From an uncultured virus (IMG/VR IMGVR_UViG_3300047499_000023) (lineage: Duplodnaviria > Heunggongvirae > Uroviricota > Caudoviricetes): a DNA stretch of 64,000 nt. Location: the IMG/VR virus record IMGVR_UViG_3300047499_000023; one strand, 5' to 3'. Below, piece by piece: positions 26,083 through 35,782 of the stretch; within the stretch, counting starts at the first letter, position 1; each line of letters opens with the position of its first letter. The notes beneath the pieces were generated by a model. It did no database searches. It had not been told where the DNA came from and saw only the letters and a program-made list of their open reading frames with translations. The position numbers were made by a program, and so were the translations under genes.

Positions 26083-27218
26083 TGCGTTACGAGCTCACGC
26101 TCAAGTCGGACGTGGCGACGAGCTTTCGCTGCGTCAAGGCGGCGAACTCGCTCGACATCGATTCGGAAAAGAAAAGCGTTCACCACTTCGAGATCGATGC
26201 CGACCTCGAGCAGCCGTACTCGATCGGGCTGATCGTCGGCGCCTCGGGCTCCGGCAAGACGACCCTCGCGCAGCATGTGTTCGGCGCCGAGTGCTTCAAG
26301 ACGTTGCTCGACCTGTCGCGCCCGGTCATCGATCAGTTCGACGAGCATTACAGCTACGACGAATGCGCCGGCATGCTCGCGGGCGTGGGCCTGACCGCGG
26401 TGCCTTGCTGGATCCGCCCGGCCTACACGTTGTCGAACGGTCAGCGGGCGCGCGCCGAATGCGCGCTGCAGATGGCGGCCGCCGCCGGCGGCGTCACGGT
26501 CATCGACGAGTGGACCTCGGTCGTCGATCGCACCGTCGCCAAGGTCATGTCGCATTGCATTCAGAAGCACGCGCGCAAGACCGGCAAACGGATCGTGCTC
26601 CTGTCGTGCCACTACGACGTCATAGATTGGCTGAATCCCGATTGGGTCATCGACTGCAACAAGCAGGCGTTCACCGATCGGAGGGCGCTTTGTCGAGACT
26701 TCAAACGAACCGAGCGCCTCGAGTTCGGCATCCGGGAAGTCGACCGCAGTACGTGGAAATACTTTAGCCGTTATCACTATCTGAGTGAGACGGTACCGGG
26801 CGGGCTCACTCGCTTCTACGGTGTATTCCACGGCGATGAGCAGATTGGGTTCCAGTGTTTCGCGAACTATGTCCCGATGAAAGCGGGGATGGCGAAACAG
26901 ATGCACTCGAATCGCACGGTGATCCACCCCGACTACGCCGGGTTCGGTCTCGGCATTCGAGTCATCAACGCGACAAGCGTGCTCATGGCGCGGAAGGGCT
27001 ACGCGGTGCGAGCGAAGTTCTCCTCGACGCCGGTGTATCTCGCGATGAAGCGCCAGGCCGCGTGGGAGTTGACCGCCGTGCAGCGTGAGACGCCGAAGCC
27101 GGGCGGCAACATGGACCGCAAGACCGGCTTTCGGCAGCACGTCAAGACGTATTCGTTCAAGTTCGTGCCGTCGCTCTACGACCCGGCCTCCGACGCGGTG
27201 ACGTTCTGCCATGGCTGA
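26082..27218 (+). CDS. ABC-type ATPase fused to a GNAT-like acetyltransferase domain
   Basis: GASGSGKT, LSNGQ..R, VIDEWTS..DR, SCH.D; C-terminal W..F..YHYL and R.VIHPDY.G.GLG acetyl-CoA motif. Confidence 0.85.
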   Translation: MRYELTLKSDVATSFRCVKAANSLDIDSEKKSVHHFEIDADLEQPYSIGLIVGASGSGKTTLAQHVFGAECFKTLLDLSRPVIDQFDEHYSYDECAGMLAGVGLTAVPCWIRPAYTLSNGQRARAECALQMAAAAGGVTVIDEWTSVVDRTVAKVMSHCIQKHARKTGKRIVLLSCHYDVIDWLNPDWVIDCNKQAFTDRRALCRDFKRTERLEFGIREVDRSTWKYFSRYHYLSETVPGGLTRFYGVFHGDEQIGFQCFANYVPMKAGMAKQMHSNRTVIHPDYAGFGLGIRVINATSVLMARKGYAVRAKFSSTPVYLAMKRQAAWELTAVQRETPKPGGNMDRKTGFRQHVKTYSFKFVPSLYDPASDAVTFCHG

Positions 27219-27717
27219 TGTGCACGCGATCGCGAAGGCGTGCAACCTGACCGTTCAGCGCGTGCATCAGCTCGTGAAGCTGGGCATGCCCAAGCAGGCG
27301 CGCGGCGAGTATCAGATCGGGCCGTGTATGGCCTGGTACATCAAGTACCTGCAAAAAGAGCTCGAGCGCCGCGGCCCGGCTGGCACGGCGGCGAGCGCGG
27401 GCCTTCAAGTCGAGCGCGAAGGACTCACCGCCGCGCAACGCCAACGGGTCGAGCTCGATGTCGCGCTCCGGCGCGGGGAGTTGGCGGATCGCGAGGACGT
27501 TCGCAGGCAATGGTCGACGCTCGTGTCCAATGCGCAGAAACGGCTGCGCGCCATCCCCGCATCGGTCGGGCCGCAATTGACCAACATGGCGGACCCCGCG
27601 GCGATCGTTGCGCGAATGAAGCATGAAATCGACACCGCGCTCCAAGAATTGGCAGGGGATACCGAGCACGGCCGATCTCCGGATCTTGGTCGAGAAACTG
27701 TGGGCGCCACCGCCTGA
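27211..27717 (+). CDS. terminase small subunit (Nu1-like)
   Basis: N-terminal wHTH (IA....LT..RV.QL...GMP....G.Y.....+.WY), coiled coil, RGEL. Confidence 0.85.
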   Translation: MADVHAIAKACNLTVQRVHQLVKLGMPKQARGEYQIGPCMAWYIKYLQKELERRGPAGTAASAGLQVEREGLTAAQRQRVELDVALRRGELADREDVRRQWSTLVSNAQKRLRAIPASVGPQLTNMADPAAIVARMKHEIDTALQELAGDTEHGRSPDLGRETVGATA

Positions 27718-29614
27718 TTACACCGTCAGCGAATGGGCGGACGCGCATCGCCGGCTGACGACTGAATCGTCGGCCGAGCCCGGGCAGTGGCGCACCGCTC
27801 GAGCCGAGTATCAACGCGGGATCATGGACGCGTTCACCGATCCCACGGTGAGCGATATCGTTCTCATGACCTCGGCCCAGGTCGGCAAGTCCGAGATGCT
27901 GATCAACGTGGTCGGCTACATCGCATCGCTCGACCCGGGCCCGATTTTGTTTCTGCAACCGACGCTCGAGATGGCCGAGGCCTTCTCGAAAGATCGGGTG
28001 GCGCCTGTCATCAGAGACACGCCAATCCTTGAACAAGCGTTTTCGGACATCGCCTCGAGAGACTCAGGCAACACGCTGCTCCACAAGCAATTCGCCGGCG
28101 GGCAACTGACTCTCTCTGGCGCAAATTCGCCGGCGAGCTTGGCGTCGCGTCCCATTCGGGTGCTGCTCGCGGATGAAATCGATCGCTTCCCGGTGAGCGC
28201 CGGCGCAGAAGGCGACCCGCTTTCCCTCGCCGAGAAGCGCACGAACAATTTCTGGAATCGGAAGCGCGTGAAAGTTTCGACTCCGACGATTAAGGGCGCG
28301 AGCCGCATCGACGCGGCTTATCAGGAATCGGATCGTCGGCGGTTTTTTGTGCCCTGCCCCCACTGCAACGAAATGCAGACGCTCACCTGGGAGCATGTGA
28401 AATGGCCGGCGGACGAGCCGACCAAGGCGCAGTTTTGTTGCCCGCACTGCGGCAGCCTGTGGACTGAAGGGCAGAAGTGCGAGGCGATCACGCAGGGCGA
28501 ATGGCGCGGCTCCGCACCGTTTACGGGCATTGCAGGCTTTCACATCAACGAGCTCTATTCGCCCTGGCGCACGCTCGGGCAGATCGCAACGGACTTCGTC
28601 GCGGCCAAAGACAACCCGGAGCGGCTCAAAGTCTGGGTCAACACGAGCCTGGGCGAGACCTGGGATCTCGACAACGACAAAGACGGTATCGACCCCGGTT
28701 CGCTGCGGGCCCGCGCCGAGGAGTACGCGCTTGGGACGGTGCCGGCCGGCGCGCTTATGGTGACGATGGCGGTCGACGTGCAGGGCGATCGACTCGAGGC
28801 GTACACCTGGGGATATGGCCCCGGGGAAGAAGCATGGGTCTGCGATTTTCGGGAGTTTTACGGCGACCCGACCCGCGCGGTGGTCTGGGAAATGCTCGAC
28901 GAGCATCTCCTTCGCCCGCTGCGGCACGAACTTGGGCCGTTCGTCGTCGCCCGTACGGTCGCGATCGACTCGGGTGGACATCACACGCAAGAGGTATACG
29001 CGTTCTGTCGCTCACACGCGGCCCGCGAGACTCAATACGGCAATCAGCAAGTGATCGCCGTCAAAGGTCAATCGCAATTCACTAAGCCGATTTTGGGCAA
29101 GGCCACACCGCAGGACATCGATCTTCGCGGCGACAAAATCCCGCGGGGCATCAAGCTGTGGCCGGTTGGGTCGAGCAAGGCTAAGGAAACTTTGTACGGG
29201 CGTCTTGCGATCGATGTGCCTGGGCCCGGGTACATCCACACGACCAAGGCGCTGCCGGAAGAATTCTTCCAGCAGATCGTCTCGGAGCGGTTGATAACCC
29301 GCTACGTGAAAGGTTTCCCGACTCCGGAATGGCATCTGCCCGGCGCGCGACGGAACGAGGCCTTGGACTGCGCGGTATACGCCTACGCGGCGGCCGTGCA
29401 GCTCGGCCTGCCACGCATGCTCACCGCTGACTGGGATCGAATCCGCGAGCGACTGAAACGCGCCGGCGTCGCGCCCGATGCCGCCGTCGATGTCGAGCGC
29501 CCGCCAGCGGCGCCCGCGCCGGTGCAGACCGTGACGCCATCGCCTCGATCACCGTTCGCTCCCGGGCCCGCGCCGCGGCCGCGCGGCGCTAATTGGATGA
29601 CTGGTTGGAAATAA
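27623..29614 (+). CDS. terminase large subunit, lambda GpA family
   Basis: SEWAD..R, SAQVGKSE, ADEID, STPT, PCPHC, VDVQ, IDSGG, RNEALDC.VYA. Confidence 0.96.
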   Translation: MKSTPRSKNWQGIPSTADLRILVEKLWAPPPDYTVSEWADAHRRLTTESSAEPGQWRTARAEYQRGIMDAFTDPTVSDIVLMTSAQVGKSEMLINVVGYIASLDPGPILFLQPTLEMAEAFSKDRVAPVIRDTPILEQAFSDIASRDSGNTLLHKQFAGGQLTLSGANSPASLASRPIRVLLADEIDRFPVSAGAEGDPLSLAEKRTNNFWNRKRVKVSTPTIKGASRIDAAYQESDRRRFFVPCPHCNEMQTLTWEHVKWPADEPTKAQFCCPHCGSLWTEGQKCEAITQGEWRGSAPFTGIAGFHINELYSPWRTLGQIATDFVAAKDNPERLKVWVNTSLGETWDLDNDKDGIDPGSLRARAEEYALGTVPAGALMVTMAVDVQGDRLEAYTWGYGPGEEAWVCDFREFYGDPTRAVVWEMLDEHLLRPLRHELGPFVVARTVAIDSGGHHTQEVYAFCRSHAARETQYGNQQVIAVKGQSQFTKPILGKATPQDIDLRGDKIPRGIKLWPVGSSKAKETLYGRLAIDVPGPGYIHTTKALPEEFFQQIVSERLITRYVKGFPTPEWHLPGARRNEALDCAVYAYAAAVQLGLPRMLTADWDRIRERLKRAGVAPDAAVDVERPPAAPAPVQTVTPSPRSPFAPGPAPRPRGANWMTGWK

Positions 29615-29632
29615 CTTTTGGAGGGCTGATTC

Positions 29633-29878
29633 ATGGCTGACGATACGACTGCCTCGACGACTGCAACGGCCGGCAAGACGCCCGCCAAGACCGCATCGGC
29701 CCCGGCTGCCACCCCCGCGCCGAGTGCTCCCGCGCCGTCGCCGCTCCGCGCCGGGTTCGCCATTCAGGCGCTCGCCGGGATCCTGGCCCATCAGGGCATG
29801 CACACCAATCTGCCGACGGCGGTGGATAAGGCACTCGAGGCTGCCGATCTTCTGATCGCCGGCCTCGAGCCGTCGTGA
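29633..29878 (+). CDS. small hypothetical protein
   Basis: GGAGG RBS; Ala/Pro/Thr-rich N-terminus, R..FA..AL.G.L...A...AD.L. Confidence 0.6.
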   Translation: MADDTTASTTATAGKTPAKTASAPAATPAPSAPAPSPLRAGFAIQALAGILAHQGMHTNLPTAVDKALEAADLLIAGLEPS

Positions 29879-30126
29879 GAGCCGGGGGCTACGTCGTGGC
29901 GGAAGAGAACAACCCGGACGGCAATGACGGCTCTTCTGTCACCGACCCCGGCAAGAGCTACGCGCCGGTGGACGATCAGGTGCCGGGCGGCGAGCCCGGC
30001 GCGTCTGAGTACGACCCGATCGGCATGGTGCGTTGTCGCTCGTGCGGCATGATGACGCCGGCCGACGGCACGCGTTGCGACCGCTGCAATACCCCGGTGC
30101 GCGCGAAACAGTACAACGGCCAGTAG
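29875..30126 (+). CDS. small Zn-ribbon protein
   Basis: CRSCG...CDRC. Confidence 0.5.
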   Translation: MRAGGYVVAEENNPDGNDGSSVTDPGKSYAPVDDQVPGGEPGASEYDPIGMVRCRSCGMMTPADGTRCDRCNTPVRAKQYNGQ

Positions 30127-30132
30127 CGCGCC

Positions 30133-30786
30133 ATGGATTGGCAGACACCGTTCTACTACCGGGATCCGGATGAGCTGCCGACGCCGCTCAACATCCCGAC
30201 GACGTTTCGCCAGAACGAAACGCCGAGTTGGAACGACGATGAGTACGAGGACGTAAACGGGAACATCTACCCATCGACGACCTACACGCTCACCTACTAC
30301 CTGGCCGGGCCGTCGGCGCAGCCGGTCTCGATCGTGGGCGTGCCCTCGACGACGGGCACCGCCGGCTGGACGACATCGATCACGCCGACGCAGGCGGCGC
30401 TCCTTCTGCCGGGGAAGTATTGGTGGCAGGGCGTGCTCACGGCGCCGGCCAACCCGCCCACGATCCCGACCGCCTTTCGAATGGTGGCGGGCGAGGGCGA
30501 ACTCACCGTCCAGGTCGACTATGGCGCGGTCACTGGCGTCTACGACGGACGCACAACGGCGGAGAAAGCGCTCGCAGCTTGGGAGGCGTGCTTCCTTGCG
30601 CTCGCGGGCAGCGGCGGATCGCCGGTCAAATCTTACGAAATCGCGGGCCGCAAAATGACATACAGCGATCTGGCCGAGGTCAAGAACGCGGTCGATTATT
30701 GGCGCGCGCGCGTCTCGAGCGAGAACGACCAGGCCGACGGCGGCCGCTCGCGGAAACTCCTGGTGCGGTTCTCGCATGAGCACTGA
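30133..30786 (+). CDS. head completion protein (gpW-like C-terminus with extra N-terminal domain)
   Basis: VKSYEIAGR..TY.DL.E......W at C-terminus; precedes portal. Confidence 0.75.
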   Translation: MDWQTPFYYRDPDELPTPLNIPTTFRQNETPSWNDDEYEDVNGNIYPSTTYTLTYYLAGPSAQPVSIVGVPSTTGTAGWTTSITPTQAALLLPGKYWWQGVLTAPANPPTIPTAFRMVAGEGELTVQVDYGAVTGVYDGRTTAEKALAAWEACFLALAGSGGSPVKSYEIAGRKMTYSDLAEVKNAVDYWRARVSSENDQADGGRSRKLLVRFSHEH

Positions 30787-32563
30787 GGGCTTTCATTTCG
30801 ATTCGCCGCTCTGGAAGGCGATGAGCACGACGGCCGAGCCCGCGCCGTCTGCGCCCACGCCCGCGCAACGCGTGGCGATGCCGCAAGTCGCCGGGCGCAT
30901 GTACGCCTCAGCGATTCCGAATCGCTTCAACCAGGGGTTCCCGAGCTACAACCTCTCCGCCGATGCGGAGATGGTCACGAGCCTTCGGAATCTCCGGTCG
31001 CGTTCGCGCCAGCTTATTCGCGACGCCCCGTACGCGAAGGCGGCCAAGCGCTGCATCGTAAACAACGTCATCGGCACGGGCGTCAAAATTCAGCCGGCGG
31101 TGATGACGACCCGCGACACGGCGAACGTGCGGGTGAACCGGGCGATCCGCGATGCGTTCGACATGTGGTCGCACGAGCACCGCTGCCACACGGGCGGCGA
31201 GCTCCACTTTCACGATCTCGAACGCCAGCTCATGGGGCAGGTATTCGAGGCGGGCGAAATCTTCGTCCGCATCTGGCGTCAGCCGTTCGGCGATTCGACC
31301 GTGCCCTTGGGGCTGGAGATCGTCGAGCCCGAGCGCATCGCGGACGGCTACGCGCAGCCCGCCGGCGCGCATTGGGAAAACCTGATCCGGATGGGCATCG
31401 AGGTCGATGCGTTCAAGCGCCCGGTCGCGTATTGGATCCGCGATCTGCACCCCGGCGACATCCGGCTGAACGTCGATCGCACGGACCATTTCACGCGGGT
31501 ACCGGCCTCCGACATCATCCACTTGAAGATCGTGGATCGCTGGCCGCAGACGCGCGGCGAGCCCTGGTTGCACGCGGTCGCGCAGAAGCTGGCCGACATC
31601 AACGGCTATTCGGAGGCGGAGATCATCGGCGCGCGCGGCCGCGCCTCCTACATGGGGACCATCGAGACGCCGGAATCGCCCGACGTATTCGGCCAGCGCG
31701 CCGCCGATCAGACGCTGCAGTTTGCCTTGGAGCCCGGCACCGTTCAGAAGCTGGCGCCCGGCGAGAAGTTCAACCTGCAGGCGCCCAACGCCTCGAGCCA
31801 AGGCGTCGAGCCCTTCATGCGGCTGATGCTCCGCGAAGTCGCCGCCGGCTTAGGCACGAGCTACATGGCGATCAGCGAGGACTACTCGCAGTCGAACTAC
31901 TCGAGCTCGCGCCTCGCGCTCCTGAACGAACGCGATACGTGGAAGGCGCTGCAACTCTGGTTCATCCGGAAGTTTCGCTATCGCGTGCATCGCGAGTTCA
32001 TGCAGCAGGCGGTGCTGTCGAAATCGATCCCCGAGATTTCGGTGGCCGACTACGCGGTCGACCCCGAGAAATTCGCCAAGGTCTTTTTCCGGCCGCGCGG
32101 CTGGCAGTGGATTGACCCGACCAAGGAGGTCGGCGCCTTCAAGGATGCGGAGAAGGCGGGCTACATGACCAAGGGTCAGATCATCGCGCAGACCGCCGGC
32201 GGCGATGACATCGAAGACATCCTGATGACGCGCGCGCACGAGCTCGAGTTCATGGAGGACTTAAAGCTCGTGTTCGACACGAACCCGGACGTCTACGTGC
32301 CGGCCGAATCGCGCGGCCAGGTGCTGCTCGACTCCGAAGGCGTGCCCGCTCCCGCGAGCGTGGTGGCAGCGCAAGGGCTGGCGGACGCCGGCTTGCCGCC
32401 GGCGGGCGCAGCCGGGCAGGCGCCCACCCCCGCGCAGTCTTCGGCGATGGAGAAGCCGACGAAGAAGCCCGATCTCGACGCGGATCACACCGCGGTCGAC
32501 GAAGACGAAGCCGACCGTTCGCGCATTCGATTGCGCCTGATCAACTCAATGAGAGGTAACTAG
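30776..32563 (+). CDS. portal protein, lambda family
   Basis: LR.RSR.L.R, GIE.D...RP.AYW, RG.PW, DYS..NYSSSR, W.WIDP.KE. Confidence 0.95.
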   Translation: MSTEGFHFDSPLWKAMSTTAEPAPSAPTPAQRVAMPQVAGRMYASAIPNRFNQGFPSYNLSADAEMVTSLRNLRSRSRQLIRDAPYAKAAKRCIVNNVIGTGVKIQPAVMTTRDTANVRVNRAIRDAFDMWSHEHRCHTGGELHFHDLERQLMGQVFEAGEIFVRIWRQPFGDSTVPLGLEIVEPERIADGYAQPAGAHWENLIRMGIEVDAFKRPVAYWIRDLHPGDIRLNVDRTDHFTRVPASDIIHLKIVDRWPQTRGEPWLHAVAQKLADINGYSEAEIIGARGRASYMGTIETPESPDVFGQRAADQTLQFALEPGTVQKLAPGEKFNLQAPNASSQGVEPFMRLMLREVAAGLGTSYMAISEDYSQSNYSSSRLALLNERDTWKALQLWFIRKFRYRVHREFMQQAVLSKSIPEISVADYAVDPEKFAKVFFRPRGWQWIDPTKEVGAFKDAEKAGYMTKGQIIAQTAGGDDIEDILMTRAHELEFMEDLKLVFDTNPDVYVPAESRGQVLLDSEGVPAPASVVAAQGLADAGLPPAGAAGQAPTPAQSSAMEKPTKKPDLDADHTAVDEDEADRSRIRLRLINSMRGN

Positions 32564-32565
32564 CG

Positions 32566-32958
32566 ATGGCATCCAAACTCAGTTCTCCGGCCCCGAGCAG
32601 CTTGCGCGCGTTCACGGGGGCATTGCAGAGCTCGCGGCTCGTCCCGGGACAGCAGGAGCCGCCCGTGCCGCAGGCGGCCAAGCCGACGCAACCCGCACCG
32701 CCCGCGGCCGACGTGCCGGCGCCCGCGCCGACGTTCTTCGACAAGCCGATCGCCAAGGTCGCCTTCCCCGCCCAGAAGACGGCGGTGAATCTGCAGTCGG
32801 TGTCCGAGGCCATTTCCTCGGCCAAGGTGCAGATGGGCATGGCGGAGCCGCCCATGTCGGAGCCGCGCCCGGATCGCTTCGAGGGCAAAGACCTGAAATC
32901 CGTTTCCGAGTCCATCAACGACTCGATGGAAGAGGGCGACTCGAGCGGCGAGGATTGA
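32566..32958 (+). CDS. low-complexity Pro/Ala/Ser-rich hypothetical protein
   Basis: GAGG RBS, between portal and protease. Confidence 0.55.
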   Translation: MASKLSSPAPSSLRAFTGALQSSRLVPGQQEPPVPQAAKPTQPAPPAADVPAPAPTFFDKPIAKVAFPAQKTAVNLQSVSEAISSAKVQMGMAEPPMSEPRPDRFEGKDLKSVSESINDSMEEGDSSGED

Positions 32959-33180
32959 ATGGCGCTCGCAGACGCCGAGCCGGTGCGGCTGCGCGCACTC
33001 GGCGTCTTTGCGACGCCGGATGAGGTCAACGCGATCTTGTCCTTGAGCGAAACCAACCCGTCGCAGGTGGCCGCGGCGATGAACAGCGCCGCGCGGCTCC
33101 ACGGGCTTCCCGATACGCCCGAAGGCTACGGCCTCAACGTGCAATCACGCGAGTTCATCGGCCTCGCGCACCAGGAGTAA
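32959..33180 (+). CDS. hypothetical protein
   Basis: GAGG RBS, in operon. Confidence 0.55.
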   Translation: MALADAEPVRLRALGVFATPDEVNAILSLSETNPSQVAAAMNSAARLHGLPDTPEGYGLNVQSREFIGLAHQE

Positions 33181-33190
33181 CCCCTTGAAA

Positions 33191-33382
33191 ATGGACTACG
33201 ACCCGAAAACGCGCACCGCCGTTTTCACCTACAAGAGCGGCCGCACGACGACCGTGAAGGAGATCACCGAGGCCAAGGCCAAGGAGATGCTCGAGCGCGT
33301 CATGCCGGAGTTCGAACGCCGGGACGGCTGCCTCACTTCGGTCGGCGGTGAGTTCACGCGAGACGACGGTCATGGCGGATAA
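33191..33382 (+). CDS. hypothetical protein, possibly the frameshifted N-terminus of the protease
   Basis: AGGAG RBS upstream; overlaps the protease start. Confidence 0.5.
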   Translation: MDYDPKTRTAVFTYKSGRTTTVKEITEAKAKEMLERVMPEFERRDGCLTSVGGEFTRDDGHGG

Positions 33383-35312
33383 ATCCGACAACCGTACCCG
33401 GAGCGTGTCGTTCTCCTCGGAGACGGACAAGGTCGAGCGCTGGTTCGGGACCGAGATCCTCGACCACTCGCCCAAGTCGATCCGCTCCGAGTTCATCAAG
33501 TCCGGGCGCGCGCCGTTGCTCTTGAATCACGACACCAAGTCGCAAGTGGGCGTGATCGACAAGGCGAGCTTCGACAAGCGGCAGGGCCGGGGCGATGTGC
33601 GATTCGGTCGCACGGGCGCCGCAAGCGATGCCCTGCAGAACGTCGATGACGGGATCCTCGTCAACACGTCAGTCGGCTATCGCGTCTACGAAATGGTGCT
33701 CGAGAAGCAAAGCGACGATGGCGACACCTTTCGAATCACCGACTGGGAGCCCTACGAGGTTTCCCTAGTCGCGGTGCCGGCGGATTCCACCGTCGGCGTC
33801 GGTCGCGCAAGCCGCGACGAACCTGTTCCCAGTAACGCCGGCGCCGCCGGTTCAACGTCCCAGGAGGACACAATGTCAGACGGAAACGCGGCCACGGCAG
33901 ACAGTGGCAATCAGTCTCGTGATGCCAACGGTGGCGAACAGCAGTCGCGCGCATCGGGTGGTGAGCCCAACGCGACCGCCGCCGGCGGTGCCGCAGCGGC
34001 CGCCGCGCGCCGCGGCGTGGAGATGGATGCGATCGCGATCGAGAATTCGCGCATCAAGGGCATTCAGAACCTCTGCCAGATCAATCGGATCGAGGAGCGT
34101 CTGCAGCGCCAGTGGATCACGTCGGGTCTCTCGATCGAGGGCGTGACCGAAGAGCTGCTCAAGATCATCGAGCACCGTGGCAAGGTCTCCCCGCGCCCCG
34201 TGTCGCATCTCGATTTGACGCAGAACGAAACGCAGCGCTTCTCGGTTTGCAAGGCGATCTTGGCCGCGCACACCGGCGACTGGAGCAAGGCGGGCTTTGA
34301 GGGCGAGTGCTCACGCGCGATCGCCAACAAGCTGCAGACGCATCCGGACCCGAAGAAGTTCTACGTCCCCTACGACGTGCAACAGCGCGGCATCTCCCGG
34401 GCCGATATCGCGAAACGCGACTGGGCCATGGGCGCGCGCAACGGCATGGGTGCCATGACCCGCGCCGATACGGTCGGAGCCGGCAACGCGGGCGGCTACC
34501 TGGTCGCCACCGAGCTCGTCTCGTTCATCGATCTCCTCCGCAATCGCACGGTCGCCTTCCGCATGGGTGCCCGTTCGCTCGCGGGCTTGGTCGGTAACGT
34601 GACGATCCCGAAACTCACCGGCGCTGCGACGGCGTACTGGCTGGGTTCGGAGACGACCCAGATCACCGAGGCCAACCAGGTGTTCAGCCAGTTGGCGCTC
34701 TCGCCGAAGAATGTCGGTGGCTACACCGAAATCTCCCGGCAGTTGCTCGTGCAGTCCACCCCGGACATCGAGGGCATCGTCAATTCGGATCTCGCGATCA
34801 TCACCGCCCTCGCGGTGGACCTGGGCGCGCTCTCCGGATCCGGCACGTCGGGCCAGCCGGTCGGCATCACCAACACCACCGGCATCGGTGTTGCGACCGC
34901 CGGCGACATGGCGACCATCGGGTACCAGGGCTGTCTCGACTTCCAGTATCAGGTGTGGAACGCGAACGTGATTCCGGTGCGCGGCGGTTACGCCACGAAC
35001 GGCAACGTCGCCGAGCTCCTGATGACCCGCACCAAGTTCGCGAACACCTATTCGCCCCTCTGGGACGGAACGATGTGGGACGCGGATTGCTGCGGCTTCC
35101 CCGGCATGAGCTCGAAGCAGATCGCGGCGAGCACCATGATCTTCGGCGACTGGGATCAACTCCTGATCGCAGAGTGGGGCGTGCTCGAGCTCGAGGTCAA
35201 CCCGTACGCCAACTTCCAGGCCGGGATCATCGGCGTGCGCTCGTTCATGACGTGCGATGTCGGTCTCCGGTACCCGGGAGCGTTCTGCCAGAACGGCGCC
35301 ACGATCACCTAA
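33372..35312 (+). CDS. prohead protease (U35-like) fused to HK97-fold major capsid protein
   Basis: SFSSE...EILDH, PLL.NHD, SVGYRV, WEPYEVSLV.VPAD; then GGYLV, A.W..E, FGDW..L capsid motifs. Confidence 0.92.
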   Translation: MADKSDNRTRSVSFSSETDKVERWFGTEILDHSPKSIRSEFIKSGRAPLLLNHDTKSQVGVIDKASFDKRQGRGDVRFGRTGAASDALQNVDDGILVNTSVGYRVYEMVLEKQSDDGDTFRITDWEPYEVSLVAVPADSTVGVGRASRDEPVPSNAGAAGSTSQEDTMSDGNAATADSGNQSRDANGGEQQSRASGGEPNATAAGGAAAAAARRGVEMDAIAIENSRIKGIQNLCQINRIEERLQRQWITSGLSIEGVTEELLKIIEHRGKVSPRPVSHLDLTQNETQRFSVCKAILAAHTGDWSKAGFEGECSRAIANKLQTHPDPKKFYVPYDVQQRGISRADIAKRDWAMGARNGMGAMTRADTVGAGNAGGYLVATELVSFIDLLRNRTVAFRMGARSLAGLVGNVTIPKLTGAATAYWLGSETTQITEANQVFSQLALSPKNVGGYTEISRQLLVQSTPDIEGIVNSDLAIITALAVDLGALSGSGTSGQPVGITNTTGIGVATAGDMATIGYQGCLDFQYQVWNANVIPVRGGYATNGNVAELLMTRTKFANTYSPLWDGTMWDADCCGFPGMSSKQIAASTMIFGDWDQLLIAEWGVLELEVNPYANFQAGIIGVRSFMTCDVGLRYPGAFCQNGATIT

Positions 35313-35371
35313 CAAGGGCGAATCGCGGTCGACGGTCACTGGTTCAAATCATTTTCAGAGGAATTGGAACA

Positions 35372-35725
35372 ATGGAAAGCACGTATTTCATCAAGGCGAC
35401 GGAAGGGTTTTTCGTTCGTGGTCGGGGGCCCGCAGGGGCCTCCGGCATCGTGAACCCCGGCGAAACCGTCTCGGTGTCCAAGAGCGAAGCGATGGACATC
35501 ACGGCGGCCAATCGCGGCGTCAAGATCGAGCAGCGCGAATTCGAGGCGGGTCCCAAAGCGGACTTCATCCCGAAGGATGCCGAGGGCAAGCCGATCCCGG
35601 CCGTCACCATGACCCGCGCGCAGATGCACGCGGCCGCCCGCGCGCAGATGGCTCGATTGAACGAAGCCAACACCGCGGCCTTGGCGCCTCCGCAGCGTTC
35701 GGGCAAGGAGTCGCGCGCCGCTTAA
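35372..35725 (+). CDS. hypothetical head-associated protein
   Basis: GAGG RBS; PGE.V.V...EA motif; follows the capsid gene. Confidence 0.6.
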   Translation: MESTYFIKATEGFFVRGRGPAGASGIVNPGETVSVSKSEAMDITAANRGVKIEQREFEAGPKADFIPKDAEGKPIPAVTMTRAQMHAAARAQMARLNEANTAALAPPQRSGKESRAA

Positions 35726-35782
35726 GGCGCGCCTTTCCGCACCGCAACGCCCACCCCACTCTTCACAGAAGGAACTTCTCCC

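Noticed and set aside
26082..27218. ABC transporter
   Set aside because: No permease nearby; the ATPase is fused to a GNAT-like domain within the packaging operon
35713..35737. GCGCGCC-N6-GGCGCGC hairpin as an intrinsic terminator
   Set aside because: Only a three-T tract follows, too weak to call
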